From positions 12,535 through 76,534 of the forward strand of contig WQVH01000003.1 of NCBI GenBank assembly GCA_009781695.1: a stretch of 64,000 nt of DNA. The letters run 5' to 3'. The DNA comes from Oscillospiraceae bacterium. GTDB taxonomy: Bacteria > Bacillota > Clostridia > Oscillospirales > Oscillospiraceae. This document shows, one piece after another, positions 54,638 through 63,736 of the stretch (within the stretch, counting starts at the first letter, position 1; every line of letters begins with the position of its first letter). The translations under genes were made by a program, and so were the position numbers. The notes beneath the pieces are model-generated. The model searched no databases. It saw only the letters and a program-made list of their open reading frames with translations, and had not been told where the DNA came from.

Positions 54638-56914
54638 CTAGCCTTGAGCCTCTTCATCATCAGGCTCGTCAAAATCTGTGATCGGATTGTCGGTATCGTA
54701 CACGACAACCGGTGCATCTTGCTCATCTTGAGTTGCCTGAACATCAGCTTCTTGTAAAGGCAGTGAAGAAGGATCAATCAGCGCTCTGATGCTCAGTGAG
54801 ACTTTCTTGCGGTCATTGTCAATCTCCGTGATCTTCACATCAACCATCTGTCCCTCTGAAAGCACTTCTGATGGCAGACCAATCCTGTGATCTGCAATTT
54901 GAGAGATATGGATCAGACCATCGACACCCGGATAAATCTCGGCAAATGCGCCAAAAGGCATCATTTTTACAATCTTTACATTAACCACATCGCCCACGGC
55001 ATGGTTGGTTGTGAACTTTGTCCACGGATTATCCTCGTGCTTTTTGTAACCCAGTGAAATTTTTCGGTTATCTTTGTCAAATGACAAGATATATACCGAA
55101 ACTTCATCGCCCACGTTCATGACTTCTGAGGGCTGCTTGATGCGTGTCCAGCTGAGTTCCGAAATATGAATCATACCATCAACGCCGCCAATATCAACAA
55201 ACACACCGTAAGAGGTCATTGATTTTACAATACCGTTGTATTGCTTGCTCACTTCGATGTCACTCCAGAGACTTTCGGACTTTTCACGCCGCTCATCCAT
55301 TTGAACCGCACGAATTGAACCCACTACACGTCTTCTGGACTGATTGACTTCTGTGATACGCAGCTTTACCGGCTTTTTGACTAAATCTGTCATGGGCGCA
55401 GATTTGGGTAGTCCTGTTTGAGACGCGGGAACAAAGACGCGGACACCTTTGACATTGACCACGACCCCACCCTTATTTTCCTCAACAACGGTACCTTCGA
55501 CAATAGCCCTGTTTTCTCTTGCTTGCTCGATAATATCCCAGTTTTTGATTGCATCAAGACGCTTCTTAGAAAGCATAACCATGCCCTCAACATCGTTGAC
55601 ACGCATGACGAAAGCTTCAATCGTATCACCGATTTTGATTATTTCGTCGATATTTGTATGTTCATCATCAGTAAATTCATCTGTGGGGATATATCCTGAT
55701 TGTTTCGTCCCTAAATCTACCGATACCTCAGTTGCCGTGATCGAGGTTACTATGCCGGTCACCTTTTCTCCTGTATGCAGAGTCTTGATAGACTTCTCCA
55801 ACATCTCTTCAAAAGTTTCCTGAGCGTTGGCTGACTCTGCGGCAGGAAAATCAGTTTCAGAAGTTTCCAACTCAGGCTCCGCTACGGCGTCATCAACACT
55901 GCTCTCATTGACTGCCTCGGACTCTACCTCTGATGTGGCAGCAGCAGGGGTGATATCCTCTGTGACTTCTCCAGCTCCAAACGCCTCGGAAACAGTTTCT
56001 TCCGCTCCATCGGCATCAGTCGGCTCTAAAGGAACACTCTGCTCCTCTGATTGAGCTCCATCCAAACTTAACTCTTCGATCATTTTGTGGGCGACCTCCT
56101 TAATTATCAACGCCGGTGTCGACGCGCCGGCAGTTATGACGACGGTGTCTGACGTACGGACATTTGTGCCTTCAAGTTCGCTTGCATTTTGAGCAAAAAT
56201 AACCCTCCGGCATTGCTTCTTACAAATATCCGCAAGTCTGAGGCTGTTGGCGCTGTTTTTTCCTCCAACGACGATCATAACATCCGCAATTTTGGATAGA
56301 TCGGCAGCCTCTCGCTGACGTTTGCAAGTTTCAGCGCATATTGTATCAAATATATTCTGATTTGTACACACTTTTTTTATGATTTTTGTGCATAAATCAT
56401 ACTCAGCTTCAGAATTAGTCGTCTGTGAAATTACAGAGATGGGTTGGTCTGAAAAATTTTCACTGTTTAGCCACTTCGAAAGTTCATCAGCGCTTCCAAA
56501 AACCACAAAATCTTTACACCAACCGGCTATGGCTTTCATCTCAGGATGTGCACTTTCTCCTATAGCAATCACCAGCCGTCCCAAATCGGATTGCGTGCGC
56601 ACGATATCATGAATTTTCTTCACATCGGGACATGTCGCATCAATGATATTGCATCCCAGTGCGGTCAGCTTTTCCAGCTCATCTTTGGCTGCGCCATGAG
56701 AGCGGATGATTACATTTTCACCCTCAGAAATATCAGAAATATCAGAAACTGCGCAGACACCTTTTTTTTCAAGCTCTGATATCACACTGTCATTATGTAT
56801 GATCGGTCCGAGCGTAACGCAACTTCCGTATTGCTGCGCCGTTTGCTCGCATATCGCAACGGCTCTTTTTACGCCAAAACAAAATCCGGCCGACTTGGCT
56901 ATCATTACACCCAT
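54638..56914 (-). CDS. ispH: bifunctional IspH (HMBPP reductase) / ribosomal protein S1 fusion
   Basis: N-terminal ~280 aa match IspH/LytB (KSAGFCFGVKRAV, conserved Cys). Then comes an ~90-aa acidic linker and four S1 OB repeats (GEKVTGIV.., VEGTVVE.., YNGIVKS.., VGDVVNVKI..). Confidence 0.93.
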   Translation of the reverse strand: MGVMIAKSAGFCFGVKRAVAICEQTAQQYGSCVTLGPIIHNDSVISELEKKGVCAVSDISDISEGENVIIRSHGAAKDELEKLTALGCNIIDATCPDVKKIHDIVRTQSDLGRLVIAIGESAHPEMKAIAGWCKDFVVFGSADELSKWLNSENFSDQPISVISQTTNSEAEYDLCTKIIKKVCTNQNIFDTICAETCKRQREAADLSKIADVMIVVGGKNSANSLRLADICKKQCRRVIFAQNASELEGTNVRTSDTVVITAGASTPALIIKEVAHKMIEELSLDGAQSEEQSVPLEPTDADGAEETVSEAFGAGEVTEDITPAAATSEVESEAVNESSVDDAVAEPELETSETDFPAAESANAQETFEEMLEKSIKTLHTGEKVTGIVTSITATEVSVDLGTKQSGYIPTDEFTDDEHTNIDEIIKIGDTIEAFVMRVNDVEGMVMLSKKRLDAIKNWDIIEQARENRAIVEGTVVEENKGGVVVNVKGVRVFVPASQTGLPKSAPMTDLVKKPVKLRITEVNQSRRRVVGSIRAVQMDERREKSESLWSDIEVSKQYNGIVKSMTSYGVFVDIGGVDGMIHISELSWTRIKQPSEVMNVGDEVSVYILSFDKDNRKISLGYKKHEDNPWTKFTTNHAVGDVVNVKIVKMMPFGAFAEIYPGVDGLIHISQIADHRIGLPSEVLSEGQMVDVKITEIDNDRKKVSLSIRALIDPSSLPLQEADVQATQDEQDAPVVVYDTDNPITDFDEPDDEEAQG

Positions 56915-57005
56915 AAATTATCTACCCTCTATATATTACATGTCTCATACCGCATATTGCTCAACTCAGCCACCGGTGCTTATTTCCAAACTACTGCATC
57001 CAATC

Positions 57006-57629
57006 TCAACCTATCTCTTGAGCACCGAGCTTTTCGATTGTTGTCATCAGTTGCTCTGAGAGCTGCAAGTATGCTTCCGGAGTGCGCTTGGATTCGGACT
57101 TTTCTATGTGGTAAGGCACACCAATCACCAGATTTACTCTGCTAAACACATGTTTTCTTCTCGGCACATAAATGGGTACAATGGGAACACCAGCACGTTC
57201 TGCAATTTTCACAGCACCGGTTTTTGCTGTTATTTCGTCCGCTTTATCCGCACGGCTGCCCTCCGGGAAAATAGCGACTTTCTCTCCATTTTTAAAATAC
57301 GACAGTGATTGCTTTATTGTTGTAATGTCCCGCATTTCGCGATCAACGCTGATGGCGCCCAACTTCATCACAATAAATGATAAAACAGGTGTTTTAAATA
57401 TTTCTACTTTAGCGATAAAGTGCAAAAAATGCTCTGAACCCGCAGCAAATGCTACAAAAATCGGGTCGAGTACACTAGAGTGATTTGCGCAGACCATTGC
57501 AGCGCCGGAGGGTATGTGCTCTCGGCCATTGATGTGTATGCGGAAAAAAATGCTGAAAATCACACGGACGACATAGTATCCACCTTTATAAAATCTGTAG
57601 CTTGCTTTCCATTTAAAGTTTTGCGCCAT
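57006..57629 (-). CDS. plsC: 1-acyl-sn-glycerol-3-phosphate acyltransferase
   Basis: Acyltransferase motifs NHSSVLDP (HX4D class) and FPEGSR. ATG at 57629 chosen. Confidence 0.9.
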   Translation of the reverse strand: MAQNFKWKASYRFYKGGYYVVRVIFSIFFRIHINGREHIPSGAAMVCANHSSVLDPIFVAFAAGSEHFLHFIAKVEIFKTPVLSFIVMKLGAISVDREMRDITTIKQSLSYFKNGEKVAIFPEGSRADKADEITAKTGAVKIAERAGVPIVPIYVPRRKHVFSRVNLVIGVPYHIEKSESKRTPEAYLQLSEQLMTTIEKLGAQEIG

Positions 57630-57711
57630 GGGACAGACCTCTTTCTGTTTATTATGCAATTGTTGCGGGCGACCGATGGTAGCTACAAAACGCAAGGGAG
57701 TTTTTTTGCGC

Positions 57712-58410
57712 TTAAGTTACCTGCTTCGATCGAAATTCTGAAATCATCTGACACAGTGCGACAAAGCTCTCTTCCAAATTGAGATTGGACGTATCGAGCA
57801 AAATCGCATCGCCCGCCGCTTTTAGAGGCGCTGCTGCACGCTCACTATCATTCTTATCTCTTAAACTCATCTCACGCGCCACATCTTCAAGCTGGGTATT
57901 GGGGTCTTTGGCCAGCAGCTCCAAATATCGCCTGTACGCACGCTTTTTAGGCTCAGCCGTAATAAATATCTTGAGACCTGCATCAGGTAATACCACCGTG
58001 CCAATGTCACGACCATCCATTATCGCATCATATTTTACCGCCATTTCACGCTGCATAGACAGTAAGAACGCCCGAACCGCAGGCATGGCAGACACATCTG
58101 AGGCATATTGGGACACCTCAGGAGTTCTGATGGCATCGGTGACATCTTGCCCACCCAGAAACATCCTTTGCACACCCGCATCATCATATTTCATTTCAAG
58201 ATTTATTTCAGGTAATAAGCGTGTAACAGCTGCTTCATCTTGAGCATGCACATCATTGCGCAGTGCATATAAACCCACACAACGGTATAACGCACCGGTA
58301 TCTACATATATCAGCCCAAAATGTTGTGCAACCATTTTTGCCAGAGTGCTCTTTCCTGCACCGGCAGGACCATCAAGCGCAATACTTTTTTGTTCCATTT
58401 TAGTGACCAT
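57712..58410 (-). CDS. cmk: cytidylate kinase
   Basis: IALDGPAGAGKST P-loop and YVDTGALYR motif. The start may be the ATG at 58398. Confidence 0.95.
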   Translation of the reverse strand: MVTKMEQKSIALDGPAGAGKSTLAKMVAQHFGLIYVDTGALYRCVGLYALRNDVHAQDEAAVTRLLPEINLEMKYDDAGVQRMFLGGQDVTDAIRTPEVSQYASDVSAMPAVRAFLLSMQREMAVKYDAIMDGRDIGTVVLPDAGLKIFITAEPKKRAYRRYLELLAKDPNTQLEDVAREMSLRDKNDSERAAAPLKAAGDAILLDTSNLNLEESFVALCQMISEFRSKQVT

Positions 58411-59656
58411 TTCCCTTCTCTATCACGTTTGCTGCAACTGCTTTTGCTGCTGCAATTGCTGTGGACCATGCAATTTGCAAGTTAAATCCACCAGTATATG
58501 CATCTGCATCTATAATCTCTCCGGCAAAATAAAGGCCGGAAACCAGCTTCGACTCCATCGTCTTGGGATTCATCTCATTAAGCTCAATACCGCCTGAGGT
58601 GATGATTGCCTCATCTACCGGTCTCGGCCCATCAATATCAATGCGAAAAGACTTGATCAATCTGACCAGATTTCGCCGCTCTTCCCTGCTTATAGAATGC
58701 ACCTTCTTTTCCGGCGCAATATCAGAACGTCTTATGATTGCAGGGATCATAGACTTTGCCAACAAATCTCCAAGCGCATTGCAAAAATCACGGCTTTTAA
58801 ATTGATCAAAATCCTTTAAAATACGCAAATCGAGTTTCTTTTCGTCTAATCCGGGCTTTAAATCAATGGTGACATGATACTGCTTCGTCTCAAACTTACG
58901 CATATGCGCACTGGCTGAGAGCACTAAAGGACCGGACAATCCAAAATGAGTGAATAATAATTCGCCCAAGTCAGAAAAAATCGCCTTTTTCCCGCCATCA
59001 AATACAGATAGCGCTACATTCTTCAAAGCAAGCCCCTGCATAGACGCACATAATTCAGACTCCGCACAAAGCGGAACCAACGAACCGCGCAACGGCGTTA
59101 CCGTGTGCCCAAGTTTTTTCGCCCAATCATATCCATCACCTGTTGCGCCTGTCGCCGGATAAGACTTGCCGCCGGTGGCCAGCAGCACATTGCTGCACGA
59201 GATGGTTTGGCTTGTTGTGGTGATGTCCAACAGATCATTATCATTTACGGAAATGGCACTGACCCTATCATGCCTTATGACCACGCCATTTTTTAACATA
59301 AAGCGCTTGAGCGCATCTATAATTTCATACGACTTATCTGACTGCGGAAAAACCCTGCCGCCGCGCTCTGTTTTGAGCCTTACACCCAGCGATTCAAACA
59401 GAACCATCGCATCATCGGGGGAAAAACCATTTAATGCACTATATAAAAATTTGCTACCGGTGGGGATATGCGCTAAAGCTTCCTGCACAGAACAATTATT
59501 GGTCAGGTTGCATCTGCCCTTACCGGTGATAAACAGCTTGCGACCTAACTTTTCATTTTTTTCCAGCAGCAACACCTTGACGCCCAAACTTGCCGCAGCA
59601 CCTGCTGCAAGCATACCGGCTGCACCGCCTCCAACCACTACGAAATCATAACTCAT
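58400..59656 (-). CDS. HI0933/YhiN-family FAD-dependent flavoprotein
   Basis: VVVGGGAAGMLAA dinucleotide fold, GKGRCNLTN motif, and C-terminal GEIIDADAYTGGFNLQIAWSTA. Confidence 0.88.
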   Translation of the reverse strand: MSYDFVVVGGGAAGMLAAGAAASLGVKVLLLEKNEKLGRKLFITGKGRCNLTNNCSVQEALAHIPTGSKFLYSALNGFSPDDAMVLFESLGVRLKTERGGRVFPQSDKSYEIIDALKRFMLKNGVVIRHDRVSAISVNDNDLLDITTTSQTISCSNVLLATGGKSYPATGATGDGYDWAKKLGHTVTPLRGSLVPLCAESELCASMQGLALKNVALSVFDGGKKAIFSDLGELLFTHFGLSGPLVLSASAHMRKFETKQYHVTIDLKPGLDEKKLDLRILKDFDQFKSRDFCNALGDLLAKSMIPAIIRRSDIAPEKKVHSISREERRNLVRLIKSFRIDIDGPRPVDEAIITSGGIELNEMNPKTMESKLVSGLYFAGEIIDADAYTGGFNLQIAWSTAIAAAKAVAANVIEKGNGH

Positions 59657-60546
59657 ATTTGCTCATAAACCCCATATTCATCCCATATCTGTTCAAGCCG
59701 TTCAAATCGCGCATATAAGTCTACCGGAGCTTTTTCACTCACTGCCACGATGAGCGCATTGACCAAGCTATGCGGGGCAACCAAAGTGTCTAAGAAGGAT
59801 ATCATATCGCTTCTTGAAAAAAGCAAGATGTCCGCCAGATTAACCAGCGGAGAAAGCTGACCATCCGTAATGCCAATGATCTTTGCGCCCACATCCCGGG
59901 CATACTGCATTGCCTTTAACGTTCTTTTAGAATAACGGGGAAAGCTTATGGCGATCAGCACATCCCCTTCCGACAGCATGAGCAATCTTTCAAAAACCTC
60001 ATTGTCCGGACATTCTGTGATCAGACGTGAATTGTTAAAAATCAGACCAAAATTAAAGCCCATAAAACTGGCTAAAAAAGAAGATGAACGCATACCGATG
60101 ATATAGATATTTTTGGCCTGCACAATGGCCTCAACAGCCTGAGCAAACTCTCCGCTGTCCGCCTCCTCCATGGTCTGGCGAATCTTGTCAATATCTGATG
60201 AGAGGACATGAGTCAGTATATCGCTGCTGTCCATGATATCTTTGGCTACTTTAATCCGCTGAACTGAGGTGAGCTTATTGCGGATCATATCTTGGAGCGC
60301 ACGCCGCATCTGAGGATAACTGTCATACCCAAGCTCTCCGGCAAAGCGAACAACCGTTGACTCACTGACACCCACAAAATGCGCCAGTCTTACAGCAGTC
60401 ATAAAAGCGGCCTTATCATAATTCTCTATAATATATTGAGATATCTTCTTCTGGCTCTTCGAAAAATTCCCGGAGGCTTCTGCAATGACTGTCAGAATGT
60501 CTTTTTCCAAAGTAAGTTCCTTTCTGCTTCTGTCAAGTGCCGCCAT
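59653..60546 (-). CDS. RpiR/MurR-family transcriptional regulator (HTH plus SIS domain)
   Basis: HTH_6-like N-terminus (SKSQKKISQYIIENYDKAAFMTAVRLAHFVGVSESTVVRFA) and a SIS domain (IYIIGMRSS). The start is uncertain: ATG at 60546, or TTG at 60510 which has a better AAAGGAA RBS. Confidence 0.88.
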   Translation of the reverse strand: MAALDRSRKELTLEKDILTVIAEASGNFSKSQKKISQYIIENYDKAAFMTAVRLAHFVGVSESTVVRFAGELGYDSYPQMRRALQDMIRNKLTSVQRIKVAKDIMDSSDILTHVLSSDIDKIRQTMEEADSGEFAQAVEAIVQAKNIYIIGMRSSSFLASFMGFNFGLIFNNSRLITECPDNEVFERLLMLSEGDVLIAISFPRYSKRTLKAMQYARDVGAKIIGITDGQLSPLVNLADILLFSRSDMISFLDTLVAPHSLVNALIVAVSEKAPVDLYARFERLEQIWDEYGVYEQI

Positions 60547-61205
60547 TTGCCGACGCCTAAATTGCCTAATGTGACTGCACCAACCGAAACCCGCTTGAGT
60601 GATAACACTCTGAGCTTCGCATGTGCACACATCTTTCGAATCTGCCTGTTGCGTCCCTCATGTATGGAAATGCTCAAAATACCGCCGCTTTCAGTTTGTT
60701 TGAGTAGCTTCACACCATGGGCACTGACCACATGCTCATCAATTTGCATCGGCTTTGACAGAATATCCAAGCCCTCTTTTATATCGCCGCTCACCCTTAC
60801 CAGATAGGTCTTGATCTTCCCTTTCGAAGGGTGAGCCACGTCATTTGCAAATTGCCCATCATTGGTCAAAAGCAGCAGACCCTCAGAATCCAAATCCAGT
60901 CTGCCCACAGGATAAATCCGAGTTCCGACATCGGATGTCAAATCCATTACGGTCTTTCTTCCGCGATCATCACGCACTGATGTAATATATCCGCGCGGCT
61001 TGTTGAGCATGATATAGACCGGGGCATCCTTTTGCAAGAGCGAAACGCCATCAACGATGATTTCATCGCAGGATATATCTGCACTTTGTCCGACATATGC
61101 AACGATGCCATTGACCGAAACCCGGCCATCGTTAATCAGTTTTTCAGCCTCTCTGCGTGAGGCTCTGCCATAGGCTGAGATTATCTTTTGAAGACGCTCC
61201 TGCAT
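60492..61205 (-). CDS. rluB: 23S rRNA pseudouridine synthase RluB-type with S4 domain
   Basis: S4 N-terminus (RLQKIISAYGRASRREAEKLINDGRVSVNG). GRLDLDSEGLLLLTNDG and GRNRQIRKM motifs. Confidence 0.92.
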   Translation of the reverse strand: MQERLQKIISAYGRASRREAEKLINDGRVSVNGIVAYVGQSADISCDEIIVDGVSLLQKDAPVYIMLNKPRGYITSVRDDRGRKTVMDLTSDVGTRIYPVGRLDLDSEGLLLLTNDGQFANDVAHPSKGKIKTYLVRVSGDIKEGLDILSKPMQIDEHVVSAHGVKLLKQTESGGILSISIHEGRNRQIRKMCAHAKLRVLSLKRVSVGAVTLGNLGVGKWRHLTEAERNLLWKKTF

Positions 61206-61642
61206 TAGTAATCAGTCTTTTCGATATCGTCTACATTAAGCTTATCAATGCCGCTGATGCCTTCGCCCTTATTTTTATCCATAAAATCTGTAACTTTATC
61301 GATAATATCAGGAACGGTGTCGATGATGCGATCGACTGTAGAATTGCCAGGAGGCGAAACATGCAACAGTCTGACATTATCATTTTTGACAACGATAAAA
61401 GCCACAGGAATGATGTTTACACCTGCACCCGCACCGCCTCCGAAATTGGCAGGGGCAGTGGTGGCCTTCTTTGCAAAATCAGAACCTCCTCCGGCAAAAC
61501 CAAATGTGACTTTGGATACCGGAATCAGTGTAATGCCATCTTGTGTAATTATCGGCTGACCGATAATCGTATTGGCATCAACCATCTCCCTTACTTTTTG
61601 CATTGTGGTTTCCATTAACTCACTAATTTGATGCTTTTCCAT
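61205..61642 (-). CDS. ytfJ: GerW/YtfJ-family sporulation protein
   Basis: ISELMETTMQKVREMVDANTIIGQPI..LIPVSKVTFGFAGGGSDF resembles B. subtilis YtfJ. ATG at 61642 chosen. Confidence 0.9.
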   Translation of the reverse strand: MEKHQISELMETTMQKVREMVDANTIIGQPIITQDGITLIPVSKVTFGFAGGGSDFAKKATTAPANFGGGAGAGVNIIPVAFIVVKNDNVRLLHVSPPGNSTVDRIIDTVPDIIDKVTDFMDKNKGEGISGIDKLNVDDIEKTDY

Positions 61643-62297
61643 TTTTAATATCATCCTTTCCTGCATGTTCATTATTTACGGTTTGCTTAATCGTATCCTT
61701 TTGGGTTTTATCGCGCTTGAAAAATATCCTGAGCATCGGCAACAGTGCGACGATGATGTATATGGACTCCCAAACTGCAAGCGAAATCGCCGCACTGACA
61801 TATATCTTACGCTCTGAAGATGTAAAATCAACACCTGTTTGAAAATCACGATGCCTGATGCGAAAGTGGTGATCCAGCACAGGAGCCAGCGTACCCATGA
61901 CTGCATTTGCCATGCCATAAGTTATTGCCGTCTGAGATGCATCTGTTCCCGCAAACGTACAGTACACCGTCAGTTCTTTAATCAGTATGCGGCGCTTTAC
62001 CCGGCGCAGCATATTGCGTAGCGGGGGGATTAAATCTAAAAAGCCCTTGAGTCCACCGGGCATCTTAAATGGCGGCTTATCTTTTTTCTTTTGACTTGCA
62101 GCTTCTTTTTTTGCTTTTTTACGTGCGTTCTTCTGCGCTTGCTCAGGCGTATCCTCTTTTTGCGGATAGACTCTAAATGAAAAAATACCCGCAAAAATCT
62201 TTACGACGACACCTTCGGAACTATATTCAACATGCACACCAAAGCGCAGCAAAGCGATGATGAGCAAAATCGCAATGATTATAAATAGTGTTAACAT
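61623..62297 (-). CDS. DUF2953/YtfI-like membrane protein
   Basis: N-terminal TM, a Lys-rich segment, and a C-terminal TM. Its position immediately upstream of ytfJ mirrors the B. subtilis ytfI-ytfJ arrangement. Confidence 0.6.
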   Translation of the reverse strand: MLTLFIIIAILLIIALLRFGVHVEYSSEGVVVKIFAGIFSFRVYPQKEDTPEQAQKNARKKAKKEAASQKKKDKPPFKMPGGLKGFLDLIPPLRNMLRRVKRRILIKELTVYCTFAGTDASQTAITYGMANAVMGTLAPVLDHHFRIRHRDFQTGVDFTSSERKIYVSAAISLAVWESIYIIVALLPMLRIFFKRDKTQKDTIKQTVNNEHAGKDDIKNGKASN

Positions 62298-62309
62298 AGC
62301 AAAACCCCA

Positions 62310-62927
62310 CTAACCATCTACCTCTGTTTCGCCCTCTCTTGCACTCAGCTCCGCAATTGCAGCGGTGATACCCTCTTTCGCTTCACCGGGCGTCTCCACT
62401 TTCGGAAGCATGGGCAAGTCCCGCAATGACTCCAATCCGAATGTTCTCAAAAACACATGCGTCGTCTTATACAGCGTAGGCCGTCCCGGAGCACTCAGCC
62501 GCCCGCAGGACTCTACGAGTCCACGCTCTACGAGTAAATTCACAGTGTATGCGCTATCAACGCCTCTGACTTGCTCTATATATGCCTTGGTCACCGGCTC
62601 AAAATATGCAATGATAGACAGTACCTCAAGGGCCGGCGGCGATAGTTGTGGAGGCTTTCTTGTCTCAAGCGTAAGTCTGATGTAATCTGCATACTCCGGT
62701 GAACTGCAGAGCTGTAAACTGTCCTCAAGCTTTAAAAGACGAATCCCCCGCCGCTCAAAGCTATATTTGTCGCGCATTCTATTTGCCGCCGCATCAACAT
62801 CAAACTCATCAACCCCTAAAACGGCTGCGATTCTGGATAGTTTTACCGGCTCACCGGAAACAAATAAAATGGCCTCTATTATGCTATCGATATCATGATT
62901 TTCCATTTCATACTCATGACCTTTCAT
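62310..62927 (-). CDS. scpB: segregation and condensation protein B
   Basis: IEAILFVSGEPV signature and two winged-helix halves. The start is ATG at 62927 or 62906. Confidence 0.92.
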   Translation of the reverse strand: MKGHEYEMENHDIDSIIEAILFVSGEPVKLSRIAAVLGVDEFDVDAAANRMRDKYSFERRGIRLLKLEDSLQLCSSPEYADYIRLTLETRKPPQLSPPALEVLSIIAYFEPVTKAYIEQVRGVDSAYTVNLLVERGLVESCGRLSAPGRPTLYKTTHVFLRTFGLESLRDLPMLPKVETPGEAKEGITAAIAELSAREGETEVDG

Positions 62928-63735
62928 ATGCTTCTGCTTCCCTTGCCATGTCCTCTGTAATTTCCTCAGTTGACGGATCTCTGCCCACCCCGGAAAAAGT
63001 AACAATCAGCTCATCTTGTGCACCGGATAAGGCCAGATTCCCCACCTTACATAACTCAAGTATGGCAATCAGTGTCGCAACGAGTTCCGGACGATTGCTC
63101 GCATCGTGAAAGAGCGCCGCAACAGGGACTTGCCCCACTTGCTTGAGCTTATCAAGTATCTCTGAAATCTTTTCAGGAATCGAAAAAGTAATGCGATTCG
63201 GTATCACCATTTCCCTTGGATTCTGACTGCCCAGCCGCACATTTTCTCTTTGTAAGATGCGCAGCAGCGCATCAATGAGATCAAAACTGACATGAACATA
63301 TTTATACTCATTGTCTATCGGAAGATACTCCGGCGGCCCGGTCATTAAAGCACCGTCACGTGCGTACATTCCGGATAAAATCTGCGACACCTCTTTGATC
63401 TGCAAATATACCTCGCCGCGTTGCAATTCTTCAAGAGATGAAATCAGTTGCTCAAGCTCAGACACTTCCTCACCGCCGGATAGCAGCATCTTGGTCTTGA
63501 TATACGTCAAATGAGATGCCATCGTAACAAACTCACTGGCAACATCCAAGTCAAGTTCTGCCATTTCATCTAAAAATGCAAGATACTGATCAAGGATATT
63601 GGAAATGCTGATATCTCTGATTTCGATTTTATCTTTGCTCAGTAGTTGAAGAATCAGCACGAGCGGCCCTTCAAAGTCTGAAACTTCGTCTTTACTTTTG
63701 ACGATACCTTCCAACTTAAAAACAGGAGCATCCAT
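62914..63735 (-). CDS. scpA: segregation and condensation protein A (kleisin)
   Basis: FEGPLVLILQLLSKDKIEIRDISI N-terminal signature. ATG at 63735 lies directly after the upstream gene stop. Confidence 0.93.
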   Translation of the reverse strand: MDAPVFKLEGIVKSKDEVSDFEGPLVLILQLLSKDKIEIRDISISNILDQYLAFLDEMAELDLDVASEFVTMASHLTYIKTKMLLSGGEEVSELEQLISSLEELQRGEVYLQIKEVSQILSGMYARDGALMTGPPEYLPIDNEYKYVHVSFDLIDALLRILQRENVRLGSQNPREMVIPNRITFSIPEKISEILDKLKQVGQVPVAALFHDASNRPELVATLIAILELCKVGNLALSGAQDELIVTFSGVGRDPSTEEITEDMAREAEAYERS

Positions 63736-63736
63736 A

